Shown here piece by piece: positions 8,891 through 18,547 of a stretch of 64,000 nucleotides of DNA. How positions within the stretch are numbered: the first letter of the stretch is position 1; every line of letters begins with the position of its first letter. This DNA is from an uncultured bacterium (GTDB lineage: Bacteria; Lernaellota; Lernaellaia; Lernaellales; Lernaellaceae), in NCBI GenBank assembly GCA_964511015.1, contig CAZEDX010000005.1, positions 21,171 through 85,170 on the forward strand, read 5' to 3'. Position numbers and translations under genes: made by a program. Below the pieces are notes generated by a model that did not search any database, had not been told where the DNA came from, and saw only the letters and a program-made list of their open reading frames with translations.

Positions 8891-9390
8891 TCGTGATCTG
8901 CAGACTGCTTTTTTCTGGGTACCGTCCGGCGAGTGTCGTGGTTGAAATACCGCCGCTCCACGATGGATACAATGATCAACGCTGTAACCATGACCGTGGT
9001 GACGGCGAAGCCGAGTAACGGGTAACCGGCACCGACTAGCGCCCCGATCGCCGCCATCGTCCAAATCGTGGCAGCGGTGGTCAGCCCGCGGACCGCCATT
9101 CCCTGTTGGATGATGACGCCGGCGCCTAGGAAACCGACGCCAGTCACCACCTGCGCCGCAATGCGGGTTGGATCGACGTCTTGTCCGCTACCGCTGGCCA
9201 TCATTTCGCCGACCATGACATACAACGCCGCGCCCAAACTGATCAGCATCATCGTGCGCAAACCGGCCTCGCGATGATGGATCTCCCGCTCAAGGCCGCA
9301 GGCGATTCCGCACAGCATGGCCACGGCCAGCCGCATCCAGATGGTAACATCAAGCAACCGCGCCAAGTCGAAACCGGTTGATGCGCTCAT
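8884..9390 (-). CDS. mgtC: MgtC/SapB family membrane protein.
   Basis: MgtC signature LCGIACGLEREI and multiple TM segments. Start chosen at MSASTGF. Confidence 0.7.
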   Translation of the reverse strand: MSASTGFDLARLLDVTIWMRLAVAMLCGIACGLEREIHHREAGLRTMMLISLGAALYVMVGEMMASGSGQDVDPTRIAAQVVTGVGFLGAGVIIQQGMAVRGLTTAATIWTMAAIGALVGAGYPLLGFAVTTVMVTALIIVSIVERRYFNHDTRRTVPRKKQSADHDQ

Positions 9391-9404
9391 CCAGAATCCC
9401 CTGT

Positions 9405-10922
9405 TCAGCATCCACACGCGTCGGCATCGTCGGCGGCGGACGCTTGGTTGCTGTCATCATCCACGTCGTCGTCTAGGTCGTCGTCCTGATCGTCGTCGGC
9501 ATCATCGTCGGACAGATCGTCATCGGCGATGTCGTCGTCGGCATGGTCGTCGTCCGCAACGTCGTCATCCGCGCTGTCATCATCGACAATGTCGTGCGGT
9601 TCCAGAAAATCATAGTAGCGCCCCATCCAGTAGGCGATCAGGTAGTCGACTCCGGGCTGCACGTGCTGAGGCAGCCAGCCGTAACATTGCAAATGGTGGG
9701 GTGTGCGTTGCCACAGGTATTCCACGCGACACCGGTCGGTGATTTCCTGCGCTCCCTCGGCCTGGTATGCGAAACCGAGCAAATCGTTGAGACCCAACGA
9801 CTCGGCCAAGTCGGTCAGAAACACCGATACCGGATCGACCGGCAGTTGCGGACAGTTAATGTGAATCTCGCGGTTGGGCGGATCCTGGAAGACGGTGAGC
9901 GAGTGAAGATCGTCTTCCATGATCTCCTTCGCCCCGGCGCACTGACCCATTTTTTCACAGGCGATCAGATAGACGTAGTCGAAATAGACGTTGTGGGTCC
10001 ATTCGACCAGCCGGCGCTGTTTGCTGAACAGATCCCAATAGACCGCCAAACGTTCCGGATCGTCATCCAGCCGGAACAGGTTCAGATCGATCTGGTGCCG
10101 CAGGTTGTTGGCGAAGTACTCGGTATACCGGTTGAAAAAGGCAATGCTCGTCAACGGCAGCGTGGGCGCCAGTTTTTCGAACTGTTCGGCATACAGATCC
10201 CAATACTCTGCCGTGTCCAGAATGTGCGCCGCGATCAGGCAGAAAACGAGGCGTTTCTGGCCGTCGATCATCGGCGCCGCCGTGGTCGGCAAGCCTTCCT
10301 CGTTGAGAATCAGCCAGGCGCTGTTGCGCAGCTTGTCGATGACCTCTTTCACCATCTCGCGAATCAGGGCCCGGGTCGGGGCGTCGTCGATGAAATCGTA
10401 GGCCAGCGCGAGGCCGTGCCACCAACCCACATATTGGTCGGACGAACTGTTGGACAGATAGAAAGTGCCCAGCCACGGGCCGGTGCCGTATTCGAGCAGG
10501 TCGCTGCCGGCGTACTCCAACCAGTAGGCCGGATCGTTGACCGGGCCGACGTAACGCCCGATGTACCCGGTGGTTTGCGTCACTCGCAGGTGATCGCGCA
10601 AGGTCTCCACCGCGGCGATTGCGTTCTGCTTGGCGTCTTCGTCGCCCGTCACCGCGTAGCGGAATGATTCGGCCGCGCAGTAGGTGGCCGTCCACATCGT
10701 GGAATCGCCCTGGCCGCGGTAGTACAGCACCTTCTCCAGGTCCTCCGTTTCGAACATGATCTGGACAATGCCGCCATAGCCCGGCACGTGGTGGTCGCGG
10801 AGCCAGGTTTCGTAGTCGATGGCACGTTGAAGCAGGGCCGGGTCTTCGTCTGCCGAAACGGGCGCCGCAAACGCGATCGCCACCGCGCCCAAAAGGAATA
10901 GGACGAGCGTTCTTTTTCTCAT
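9405..10922 (-). CDS. Secreted alpha-helical protein of unknown function carrying a C-terminal poly-Asp repeat tail that ends ...DDADACGC-COOH.
   Basis: Signal peptide MRKRTLVLFLLGAVAIAFAAPVSA. C-terminal ~60 aa read DDDSADDDVADDDHADDDIADDDLSDDDADDDQDDDLDDDVDDD...ACGC, then stop. Confidence 0.6.
   Translation of the reverse strand: MRKRTLVLFLLGAVAIAFAAPVSADEDPALLQRAIDYETWLRDHHVPGYGGIVQIMFETEDLEKVLYYRGQGDSTMWTATYCAAESFRYAVTGDEDAKQNAIAAVETLRDHLRVTQTTGYIGRYVGPVNDPAYWLEYAGSDLLEYGTGPWLGTFYLSNSSSDQYVGWWHGLALAYDFIDDAPTRALIREMVKEVIDKLRNSAWLILNEEGLPTTAAPMIDGQKRLVFCLIAAHILDTAEYWDLYAEQFEKLAPTLPLTSIAFFNRYTEYFANNLRHQIDLNLFRLDDDPERLAVYWDLFSKQRRLVEWTHNVYFDYVYLIACEKMGQCAGAKEIMEDDLHSLTVFQDPPNREIHINCPQLPVDPVSVFLTDLAESLGLNDLLGFAYQAEGAQEITDRCRVEYLWQRTPHHLQCYGWLPQHVQPGVDYLIAYWMGRYYDFLEPHDIVDDDSADDDVADDDHADDDIADDDLSDDDADDDQDDDLDDDVDDDSNQASAADDADACGC
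9408..9580 (-). repeat. Tandem 12-nt repeats, (GAC)3-NNN type, encoding DDDx.
   Basis: Protein tail DDDxADDDx... read directly. Coding for the C-terminus of the 9405..10922 gene. Confidence 0.7.
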
Positions 10923-10983
10923 CGGCCGTCTCCTGAGGGGTCCCTGGGCCGGGATTCAGTGTAACGGAATCGTATGGCGGTGG

Positions 10984-12003
10984 CTAGTATTTTGCGTCTT
11001 CGAGACTGACCTTGCCGCGGAACGTGCGGTAGATCCAGTAGGTGTAGCCGAGCACCAGCGGCATGAAAACGACGGCGATGATCAACATCGTGGTCAACGT
11101 CTTCGCGCTGGAGGACGAGTTATACAACGTCAGGCTCAGCGACCCGCTTTCTGTCGACGGCACGAGGTTCGGGAACAGCGACGCGCCGGCGGTGGCCATC
11201 AGGCCGATGATGGCGCCGGCCGACGACAAAAACGCCTTTCCTGCCTCACCCCGCTGGTGGTAGTAACGCACCGAGAAAATGGCGCCCAACGCACCGAGCG
11301 GCGCCACCAGCAACAAGGGCTGATACCAGAAGTTCAAGGTCATGCGCCCTTGCGTTAACAACGTCACCGCGCCGGCCACCACAAAAAGCGCAAAATAGAG
11401 ATACCAGACCACGTCCACCCCGCGGCGAACCCGCTCGGCAAATTCGCCATCGGTCTTCATCAGCAGGTAGAGGCCGCCGTGTACGATGATCATCGCCAAA
11501 CCCAGCAGACCGATCAGCAGCGAATAGGGGTCCAACAGTCTCCAGAAACCGCCGAGATAATCGCCGCTTGGCGCCAATTCCATGCCTCCCAGGACGTTCC
11601 CGAGAGCCACGCCGAACAGCAGCGCCGGCAACACACTGCCGAGGGCGAATGTGGTGTCGAATACCCGGCGCCAACGGACGTCTTCAAGCTGGCTACGAAA
11701 CTCGATCGAAACCGCTCGCATGATGAGGCCCAACAGCACCAGAATCAGGGCCAGGTACATGCCGGAAAACACACTGGCATATACCGGTGGAAACGCGGCG
11801 AACATGGCCCCGCCGCCGGTGAGCAGCCAGACTTCATTTCCATCCCACACCGGGCCGATGGCGTTGAGCACTTTTCGCCGGTCGTCATCCTTCTTGGCAA
11901 ACAGGTGCCAGAAGCCGGCACCCAGGTCGAAACCGTCGAGCACCGCGTAGCCGGTAAGTAGCACCCCGATCAGGAAGTACCAAATGGTCTGCAACGTCAT
12001 CAT
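10984..12003 (-). CDS. cydB: Cytochrome bd ubiquinol oxidase subunit II.
   Basis: MMTLQTIWYFLIGVLLTGYAVLDGFDLGAGF... Its start overlaps the cydA stop (ATGATGA). Polytopic membrane protein. Confidence 0.85.
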   Translation of the reverse strand: MMTLQTIWYFLIGVLLTGYAVLDGFDLGAGFWHLFAKKDDDRRKVLNAIGPVWDGNEVWLLTGGGAMFAAFPPVYASVFSGMYLALILVLLGLIMRAVSIEFRSQLEDVRWRRVFDTTFALGSVLPALLFGVALGNVLGGMELAPSGDYLGGFWRLLDPYSLLIGLLGLAMIIVHGGLYLLMKTDGEFAERVRRGVDVVWYLYFALFVVAGAVTLLTQGRMTLNFWYQPLLLVAPLGALGAIFSVRYYHQRGEAGKAFLSSAGAIIGLMATAGASLFPNLVPSTESGSLSLTLYNSSSSAKTLTTMLIIAVVFMPLVLGYTYWIYRTFRGKVSLEDAKY

Positions 12004-13340
12004 GACCGCACCCCCTGCTCCAAGTTCTCGGCCAGCGGTTCCGGCCCATGCAGCACGGCCCGACGCACTAGGAAAACCCACAACGCGAACAGCATGGCGT
12101 AGATCAGCGAGAACAACACAATCGACGTCAATACTTGCGCGGCGGGCACCATGGCGGAATAGCCGTCGGAAGTGCGCAACAGCCCGTAAACGATCCACGG
12201 CTGGCGGCCGATTTCGGCGACAAACCAGCCCAATTCATTGGCGATCACCGGTGCCGGAATGGCTAACAAAGCGATCCACAAATACCAGCGGCTGTCGGCC
12301 AGCCGATTCCTTCGGGAGAGCCAGAAGCCGACCGCCGCAAACAAGACAAAAAACGCTCCCAACCCCACCATGAGGTGGAAGGAAAAGAAGGTGGGCAAGA
12401 TCGGCGGACGATCTTCGATTTCAAAGTCCTTCAGGCCTTTGACCTCGGCGTCGAACGAGCCGAAGACGCCGTAGCTAAGCAGCCCCGGCAATCGTATTTC
12501 GAACAGGTTGCGTTCCTGGGCCACGCTGGGTAGGCCGATCACCAACAGGGGCGCGTTGGCAGTGGTTTCCCACAGCCCTTCGGCGGCGGCCAATTTGCTT
12601 GGCTGCAGCTGGCCCATCTTGACCGCGCTGGCGTGGCCGGTGCCCCACTGGGCCATCGCGGCGATCAACAGCACGATCAGCGCCATGCGTGCCGTTTCCT
12701 GGGCGACTGACGTATGGCGTTTTTTGAGCAGGAACCAGGCCGACAAGCCTAGCATGTAGAGCGATCCGGCGATCAGCGCCCCCACGATGACATGGGTGAA
12801 ACGCGAGATCGTCGTCGGATTGAACACGGCCGCGGCGAAGCTGGTCAGTCGGGGGATTCCGTCGACCATTTCAAAGCCAGCTGGCGTTTGCTGCCAGGAG
12901 TTGGCCACCACGATCCAGAACGCAGACAACGTCGCACCCAAGGCCACCATCAACGACGAGAACCAGTGTGTCTTGACCGACAATCGATTCCAGCCGAACA
13001 ACAACATGCCCAAGAAACTCGATTCCAGGAAAAATGCGATCACGCCTTCCGCCGCAAGCGGCGCACCGAAAATGTCGCCGACAAACCGCGAGTAGTTGGC
13101 CCAATTGGTGCCGAACTGGAACTCCATTACGATGCCCGTGGCGACGCCAACCGCGAATCCAAGCGCATACACGTGCAACCAGAAGCGCGCCATGGTGCGG
13201 TAGATCTGTTTCCCGGTGCGCAGATAGCGCGTCATGATCCAAAAGATCATCCAGCCCATACCGATGGTAAGCTGCGGAAAAATATAGTGAAATCCAACGG
13301 TTAGTCCAAATTGCAGCCGCGACAGAAAAATGGTGTCCAC
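12000..13340 (-). CDS. cydA: Cytochrome bd ubiquinol oxidase subunit I.
   Basis: MDTIFLSRLQFGLTVGFHYIFPQLTIGMGW..., polytopic, 446 aa. Operon with cydB. Confidence 0.9.
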   Translation of the reverse strand: MDTIFLSRLQFGLTVGFHYIFPQLTIGMGWMIFWIMTRYLRTGKQIYRTMARFWLHVYALGFAVGVATGIVMEFQFGTNWANYSRFVGDIFGAPLAAEGVIAFFLESSFLGMLLFGWNRLSVKTHWFSSLMVALGATLSAFWIVVANSWQQTPAGFEMVDGIPRLTSFAAAVFNPTTISRFTHVIVGALIAGSLYMLGLSAWFLLKKRHTSVAQETARMALIVLLIAAMAQWGTGHASAVKMGQLQPSKLAAAEGLWETTANAPLLVIGLPSVAQERNLFEIRLPGLLSYGVFGSFDAEVKGLKDFEIEDRPPILPTFFSFHLMVGLGAFFVLFAAVGFWLSRRNRLADSRWYLWIALLAIPAPVIANELGWFVAEIGRQPWIVYGLLRTSDGYSAMVPAAQVLTSIVLFSLIYAMLFALWVFLVRRAVLHGPEPLAENLEQGVRS

Positions 13341-13395
13341 GGTTCACTCCCGAAATGTCGATCGCAAGGCGTTTTTTCGAATCGCTCGGTTGTGG

Positions 13396-13429
13396 CTGCC
13401 CGGCCGCGCCGTCACACGGCCGGGCAGCG
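13396..13429. other. Perfect 12-bp-stem inverted repeat GCTGCCCGGCCG-N10-CGGCCGGGCAGC between ferritin and cydA.
   Basis: Read directly from the sequence. No canonical U tract on either strand. Confidence 0.5.
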
Positions 13430-13440
13430 AATGAACTCTG

Positions 13441-13944
13441 CTAGTCTTTCGCGAACTGACGTCCCGCCAGCTTTTTGTCAAGCATGAACAGGCCGTGTGC
13501 ATGCTCTTTGATCATCTGGAATTGCTTCACCAACTCGTCGGTATTCTTCTCTTCTTCGACTTGCTCGGTGATGAACCAATCCAGGAATTTCTGCGTGGCC
13601 TTGTCGTCTTCGGCCACTGCCAGATCGTAGAGCTTGTTGATCCGTTCCGTCACTTTGCGCTCGTGCGCATAGGCTTCCTCAAAAACCGCGGTGAAGGTTT
13701 CCCAAGTCACTTTCGGCTTGTCGATCTTGTCCAGTTCGACATGCCCACCACGATCGAGGATGAACTGCTGGAACTTCATCGCGTGCACCAAAATCTCCTC
13801 GCCCGCCTGGATGCGCAACCAGTTGGCGATGCCGGGAAAATTCCGTTCCTCGGCCCACAAGGCCATCGCGAGATAGATGTAGCCCGAGTAGGTTTCGAAG
13901 TTCATCTGATCATTCAGCGCTTTCTGCACTCTGTCATTCAGCAT
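13441..13944 (-). CDS. ftn: Non-haem ferritin.
   Basis: MLNDRVQKALNDQMNFETYSGYIYLAMALWAEERNFPGIANWL... ferritin diiron ligands. 167 aa. Confidence 0.85.
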   Translation of the reverse strand: MLNDRVQKALNDQMNFETYSGYIYLAMALWAEERNFPGIANWLRIQAGEEILVHAMKFQQFILDRGGHVELDKIDKPKVTWETFTAVFEEAYAHERKVTERINKLYDLAVAEDDKATQKFLDWFITEQVEEEKNTDELVKQFQMIKEHAHGLFMLDKKLAGRQFAKD

Positions 13945-13977
13945 AGTTTTCTCCTTGGGTCGCTGTCCGGCGACCGG

Positions 13978-14157
13978 TCACTCTGTGACCTTCTCGAATT
14001 GGTCCTTCAGGGCGCCGCAGATGGGGCACACCCAGTCTTCCGGCAGTTTGTCGAACGTCGTGCCCGGCTTGACGCCGTTGTCAGGATCGCCCTTTTCCGG
14101 GTCGTAGATGTAACCGCACACCATACATTCGTACTTCACCGCTTCCTCCTGTTTCAT
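13978..14157 (-). CDS. rd: Rubredoxin. 59 aa, so below the ORF-track size cutoff.
   Basis: Reverse translation [59 protein letters not shown], with CxxCG...CPxCG rubredoxin motifs. GGAGG RBS upstream. Confidence 0.8.
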   Translation of the reverse strand: MKQEEAVKYECMVCGYIYDPEKGDPDNGVKPGTTFDKLPEDWVCPICGALKDQFEKVTE

Positions 14158-14163
14158 CGTGAA

Positions 14164-14643
14164 TCAGTCTCCCCAGACCCAAACCCCACGGTTGGTCAGG
14201 GCGTAATGTTGGTCTTCCAACACTCGCCGGTGAAGCTCTTCCTCATCGGCGATTTTGAGGAACATCTCCCGCACCGCTCCGGTCGAGCGTTCGGCGAGGT
14301 CGAGATACGTCCGCCGCGCGTTTTGCTCCGCCTTGATAGCGATGGCCAACACTTCCAGGTCGTTCCGCACTCGGTCGGCACCGGCCGCCAGCGCGGGAGT
14401 GCCCGGCGTATACGCTTGCCACGTCGTGCCGGGATAAGGAGTAAAATCGGCCTCGGACTGGGCGGCAAGCAACCGCTGCAGATGCCGGTAGTGGCTCCGT
14501 TCGAACTCGGCCAGTTGACGGAACATGTCGCAACCGCGCCCGTCGCACGCGTTCGCCGCCGCGCTGTCGTAGAAGCGCGCCGCCTCGTCTTCGGCCTGTA
14601 AGGCCAACGACACCGCATCTTGCCAGGTTTGGTTGCGATTCAT
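14164..14643 (-). CDS. Ferritin-like/rubrerythrin-family diiron four-helix-bundle protein.
   Basis: Paired ExxH-type helices (EFERSHYRHL, IKAEQNARRTY, ADEEELHRRVL). Adjacent to rubrerythrin. Confidence 0.55.
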   Translation of the reverse strand: MNRNQTWQDAVSLALQAEDEAARFYDSAAANACDGRGCDMFRQLAEFERSHYRHLQRLLAAQSEADFTPYPGTTWQAYTPGTPALAAGADRVRNDLEVLAIAIKAEQNARRTYLDLAERSTGAVREMFLKIADEEELHRRVLEDQHYALTNRGVWVWGD

Positions 14644-14645
14644 GA

Positions 14646-15221
14646 CTACCAGTTCTCCGCCAGCAGTTCAAAGAAGGCCTGTGGATGCGCGCAGAGCGGG
14701 CAAGCCGCCGGAGCGTCGAGGCCTTCGTGCAAGTAGCCGCAATTCAGGCACCGCCAAACAACCGACTGGTCTTTCTGGAAAACCTTGTTTGCTTCGACGT
14801 TGGCCAGCAGGCCGCGGTAACGTTTCTCGTGCTGCCGTTCGGCCACGCAGACCAGTTCAAACAGCTTCGCGATCGGCTCAAACCCTTCCTGGCGCGCGAT
14901 CTTCGCGGCGGCCGGGTACAGGACGGTCCATTCCAGCTTTTCGCCTTCGGCCGCGGCTTTCAGGTTGAGGCCCGTTGTCGCAATCACACCGGCCGGGTAA
15001 GCCGCGGTGATCTCGAGTTCGCCTCCTTCCAGATAGGAAAAGAAGCGCTTGGCGTGCTCTTTCTCCTGATTGGCTGTCTCGTCAAAAATGGCCGCGATCT
15101 GCTCGTAGCCTTCCTTGCGCGCCTTGCCGGCGAAATAGGTATAACGATTGCGCGCCTGGGATTCGCCCGCAAATGACGCCAACAAGTTTTTCTCTGTCTG
15201 GGTTCCTTTTACGCTCGCCAT
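14646..15221 (-). CDS. rbr: Rubrerythrin (diiron domain + C-terminal rubredoxin-like domain).
   Basis: MASVKGTQTEKNLLASFAGESQARNRYTYFA...EKEHAKRF... and C-terminal WRCLNCGY...CPLCAHPQ. Confidence 0.9.
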   Translation of the reverse strand: MASVKGTQTEKNLLASFAGESQARNRYTYFAGKARKEGYEQIAAIFDETANQEKEHAKRFFSYLEGGELEITAAYPAGVIATTGLNLKAAAEGEKLEWTVLYPAAAKIARQEGFEPIAKLFELVCVAERQHEKRYRGLLANVEANKVFQKDQSVVWRCLNCGYLHEGLDAPAACPLCAHPQAFFELLAENW

Positions 15222-15267
15222 ATTCTGCCTCCTCTTTCGACGTTAATTGACTGCTGCACGCCGTGGA

Positions 15268-15735
15268 CTACGCCTTCGTGGCCGGCGCCTGCCTCGCTTT
15301 TGACTGCTGTTCTTTGAGTTGTTCCCTTACGCACACCGGGCATATGCCGAAGAACTCGAGATGATGCCCCAACACCCGATAGCCGCCTGAATGCTCAATA
15401 TGGTATTCCACCTCGCCACCCGGTTCAATTGCTATGTCGTCAACCCGGCCGCATTGTACACAGCGAATGTGCAAGTGCTCGTGCACGGTATCATCAAACC
15501 GCATCTGCGAGCCGCTAAAGTCTATCTTGCGCAACAGCCCCTGCTCGGCCAGCAGCTCGAGGTTACGGTACACTGTGGCCAAGCTAACGTGAGGTAACTT
15601 CTGCCGGACCGCGGCATAGACCTCGTCTACCGTCGGGTGTGAGTGCATATCCTGCACAACCGCCAAAATCACCTCGCGTTGTTTGGTATTGCGGCTCATG
15701 GTTGTTTGTTCCGGGGTACTCATTATGACAACCAT
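15268..15735 (-). CDS. Fur-family metalloregulator (PerR/Fur-like).
   Basis: ...REVILAVVQDMHSHPTVDEVYAAVRQKLPHVSLATVYRNLELLAEQGLL... HEHLHIRCVQCGRV...CPVC metal sites. Confidence 0.85.
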   Translation of the reverse strand: MVVIMSTPEQTTMSRNTKQREVILAVVQDMHSHPTVDEVYAAVRQKLPHVSLATVYRNLELLAEQGLLRKIDFSGSQMRFDDTVHEHLHIRCVQCGRVDDIAIEPGGEVEYHIEHSGGYRVLGHHLEFFGICPVCVREQLKEQQSKARQAPATKA

Positions 15736-15739
15736 TGTT

Positions 15740-15758
15740 GATAATGATAATCATTACT
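15740..15758. promoter_or_regulatory. Fur box, a near-perfect match to the GATAATGATAATCATTATC consensus, immediately upstream of the Fur-family gene.
   Basis: Sequence gataatgataatcattact at 15740-15758. 18 of 19 positions match the consensus. Confidence 0.65.
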
Positions 15759-15898
15759 GATACGATGATAGTCATGTTTGAAATCGACGTCAAGAGGAAA
15801 TTTGCCATTGGTTCGGCCGTGGACAAGCTAAGAAGGACAAAGAACGATTGCCAGCCGATCGATCGGACGTACCCAGGACAATCTGGTCCTCCTGTAGT

Positions 15899-16861
15899 AT
15901 GCTGAGATACTTCCTAGGGAGGTTTCTCGTGTACCGCCGATACTTGCTGACCGCTTTGTTGGTCATTCTTGTGTTTTCCTGGCTGCCCGCCTGCTCAACC
16001 CCTCCGGTTCGGTTGCATTTCGTACAGGGCAGTTCCGACAACTACCGGGCGACGATCGACACAGTCGGGTCGCTGCGTGTGCGCAACCGTTATCAGACGG
16101 CCTTTGAGACGCACCAGGTCTTCGACCTTTCCCAAGAGGTGCTCTCGAGTCCGCGCGCCGGCGACTACCAACTGCGCGTAGCTTTCAAACGCGTCCAAAT
16201 GAGCACTGAAATGCAAGGCCGCGAGATCGTTCGCCTCGACACTGGTGTACTCACGGAGCAGTCCACGGTGTTCGATCGCGCACTAACAGTCATGCTGAAC
16301 AAGCCAATTCTGCTGAGTATCGGCACCGACGGGTTGGTCAAACAGGTGACCGGCATGTCAGCCATCATGGTGGCGATCAGACAGGAACTGTCGCGCGGAC
16401 AGGTCAGTGATGATGTGCTGAACATGTTGCAGGAACACTACGGCGAGGATTTCATCCGCAACCTGTTCGAGAGTTTCACCACGAGTTTTCCGCCGGCGGC
16501 CCTGCGGGACAACACCACTTGGCGACGCAACCGGACACTGTTCAATCCGATGATGGGTAAGCTCAAGTTCGGACAAAACTGCCGGCTGACCAATCCGGGA
16601 AACGATCCGGCGGTGATCGAATTCGACGGCGCCATTCTGCCGGCCCAACAGGAAACGCGCGCCGAAACACGCCTGCCGCAATCAGGCATGACCATGGTGT
16701 TGCTGCAAGGGCAGGTCAGCGGTTCGGTCCGCTTCGATCTTGGCGGCGGGCGCTTGGAAAGACTCGAGCAGAACGTGACCTATTTGTATGGTTTTGGCGG
16801 TCTGCAAGAACGGCTGCCGGCGCAAAAGATCACACACCAGACGCTAATGGAACGCCAGTGA
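15899..16861 (+). CDS. Hypothetical lipoprotein.
   Basis: Signal + lipobox MLRYFLGRFLVYRRYLLTALLVILVFSWLPACS. No recognisable catalytic motif. Confidence 0.45.
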   Translation: MLRYFLGRFLVYRRYLLTALLVILVFSWLPACSTPPVRLHFVQGSSDNYRATIDTVGSLRVRNRYQTAFETHQVFDLSQEVLSSPRAGDYQLRVAFKRVQMSTEMQGREIVRLDTGVLTEQSTVFDRALTVMLNKPILLSIGTDGLVKQVTGMSAIMVAIRQELSRGQVSDDVLNMLQEHYGEDFIRNLFESFTTSFPPAALRDNTTWRRNRTLFNPMMGKLKFGQNCRLTNPGNDPAVIEFDGAILPAQQETRAETRLPQSGMTMVLLQGQVSGSVRFDLGGGRLERLEQNVTYLYGFGGLQERLPAQKITHQTLMERQ

Positions 16862-16970
16862 ACGGTTGACACTGGCGCGACCTTGGTTATAGTCGTCCGC
16901 GTTATCTGCGGTGTGTTCGGCGGAACAGCCGCGATACCAATGACCTCTGGATCAGGGGAAGGGGTGGATC

Positions 16971-18251
16971 ATGGCAAAGAAGCCTACCAAAAAGACGCGT
17001 TCCGAGACGTTGAAGCAGGTGGCGTTAAAGGCGGCGAAGAAGGCGAAGCCCAAGAAAACCGCCAAGCCGGTCAAAAATACTGCCCCGAAGACCAAGCCCA
17101 CTCGTAAGCAAGCGGTGGTGCCGAAACCGGAGCCCAAAGCCAAGACCATATTCTTTACCGGCTTTCCGGGTTTTATCGGCAAGCGCTTGATCATCAAACT
17201 GCTGGAAGCCAACCCGGACCTCCGTTTTCTCGCTCTCGTGCAAGACAAGTTCCGCGAAACCGCGGAAAAAGCGGTGGAAGAACTCGCCAGCGTGGTGCCC
17301 GTGGCGCGCAACAACATCGAGTTGCTGTCCGGTGACCTGACCCTTGACGGATTGGGGCTCGATACCAGCCTGCAGGCGCGCCTGTGCCGCGAAGTAACCG
17401 AGATCTGGCATCTCGCCGCCGTGTACGATCTGGCGGTGCCCGAAAAAATCGCCTGGCAGATCAACGTCGAGGGCACGCGCCGCATTCTCGAGTTGTGCGA
17501 ACAGGCCAAGCATCTGGAACAGTTCGTCTACGTTTCGACCTGCTATGTCGCCGGCCTGCGCACCGGTCTGATCTTGGAAGAGGAATTGGACTACGGCCAG
17601 GGTTTCAAAAACCACTATGAATCGACCAAATTCGAGGCCGAAGTCCTGGTTCGCCAGCGAATGAGCCGGATCCCGACCATCATCATCCGCCCGGCCATCG
17701 TCGTCGGCGACAGCCAGACTGGCGCCACTGACAAATACGACGGACCATACATGTTCGCGCGGCTCTACGCCGACCTGGAGAATCGCAATCTGCTGCAGCA
17801 CTTCCGGGGCGTGCCGTTGCCGGCGGTCGGCCGCGGCGACGCCTATTTCAACATCGTGCCGGTCGACTATCTGGTCAACGCCATGATAGTCATTACCGCC
17901 AATCCAAAGGCCCGGGGCAAAACGTTCCAGATTGCCGATCCGGACCCCTGCACCACGCGAGAGTTGTTCGACCTAGTCGGCGAATCATTTGGTTTGAAAC
18001 CGACGCGCGGCTTCCTGCCGATCCCGCTGGTGCGGGTATTGACCAAGATACCGGCGTTGGGCGAGTTCTTGGGGTTCCCGGAGCAGAGCCTGGACTACGT
18101 TGACCACAACGCGGTGTTCGATTGCCAAAACACCCTGGATTTTATAAAAGCGGCCGGACTACGTTGTCCGTCGCCTCGCGAGTATATCCCCCGTATGGTC
18201 GAATATACGCGCGAACACCTGAAACAGCACGGCATGCGTGCGAAGTATTGA
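16971..18251 (+). CDS. SDR-family NAD(P)-dependent reductase (thioester/acyl-CoA reductase-like) with a ~60-aa N-terminal Lys/Ala/Pro-rich histone-H1-like tail.
   Basis: N-terminus [58 protein letters not shown], then Rossmann [13 protein letters not shown] and an extended SDR core. Confidence 0.7.
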   Translation: MAKKPTKKTRSETLKQVALKAAKKAKPKKTAKPVKNTAPKTKPTRKQAVVPKPEPKAKTIFFTGFPGFIGKRLIIKLLEANPDLRFLALVQDKFRETAEKAVEELASVVPVARNNIELLSGDLTLDGLGLDTSLQARLCREVTEIWHLAAVYDLAVPEKIAWQINVEGTRRILELCEQAKHLEQFVYVSTCYVAGLRTGLILEEELDYGQGFKNHYESTKFEAEVLVRQRMSRIPTIIIRPAIVVGDSQTGATDKYDGPYMFARLYADLENRNLLQHFRGVPLPAVGRGDAYFNIVPVDYLVNAMIVITANPKARGKTFQIADPDPCTTRELFDLVGESFGLKPTRGFLPIPLVRVLTKIPALGEFLGFPEQSLDYVDHNAVFDCQNTLDFIKAAGLRCPSPREYIPRMVEYTREHLKQHGMRAKY

Positions 18252-18297
18252 AAAAGGAAAGACATCTACCACCGCTTGGTCTAGCAGGAGTGATTTC

Positions 18298-18543
18298 ATG
18301 CGGTATCGCACCACCAAAGTCAATCCGCGCATGGTTTTGCGCAAGAGCGTTGTCACCAACCCCCGCGAGGTCATGCAGGTCGGCCGCAATGAGCCCTGCC
18401 CTTGCGGCAGCGGCGAAAAATACAAGAACTGCTGTATCGATAAGGGCGACCCCTTCCTGCGCAAAATGGCCGCCAAAGCGCGCAAAGAGCGTGAGGGCAG
18501 CTTGTTGCGACGATTGCTGATAGGCAAGAAGAAAGAAGACTGA
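18298..18543 (+). CDS. SEC-C metal-binding motif protein.
   Basis: [18 protein letters not shown]. Confidence 0.55.
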   Translation: MRYRTTKVNPRMVLRKSVVTNPREVMQVGRNEPCPCGSGEKYKNCCIDKGDPFLRKMAAKARKEREGSLLRRLLIGKKKED

Positions 18544-18547
18544 GCCC

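Noticed and set aside
9543-10667. 374-aa + strand ORF inside the 9405..10922 gene. Many similar long antisense ORFs elsewhere: 13495..14601, 19734..20411, 24982..26226, 35452..36036, 38852..40153, 42129..43295, 54246..55607 and others.
   Set aside because: High-GC genomes generate long stop-free antisense frames. The opposite-strand genes have clear family motifs, signal peptides and RBSs, whereas these ORFs have Arg/Gly/His-rich, low-complexity compositions typical of shadow ORFs.
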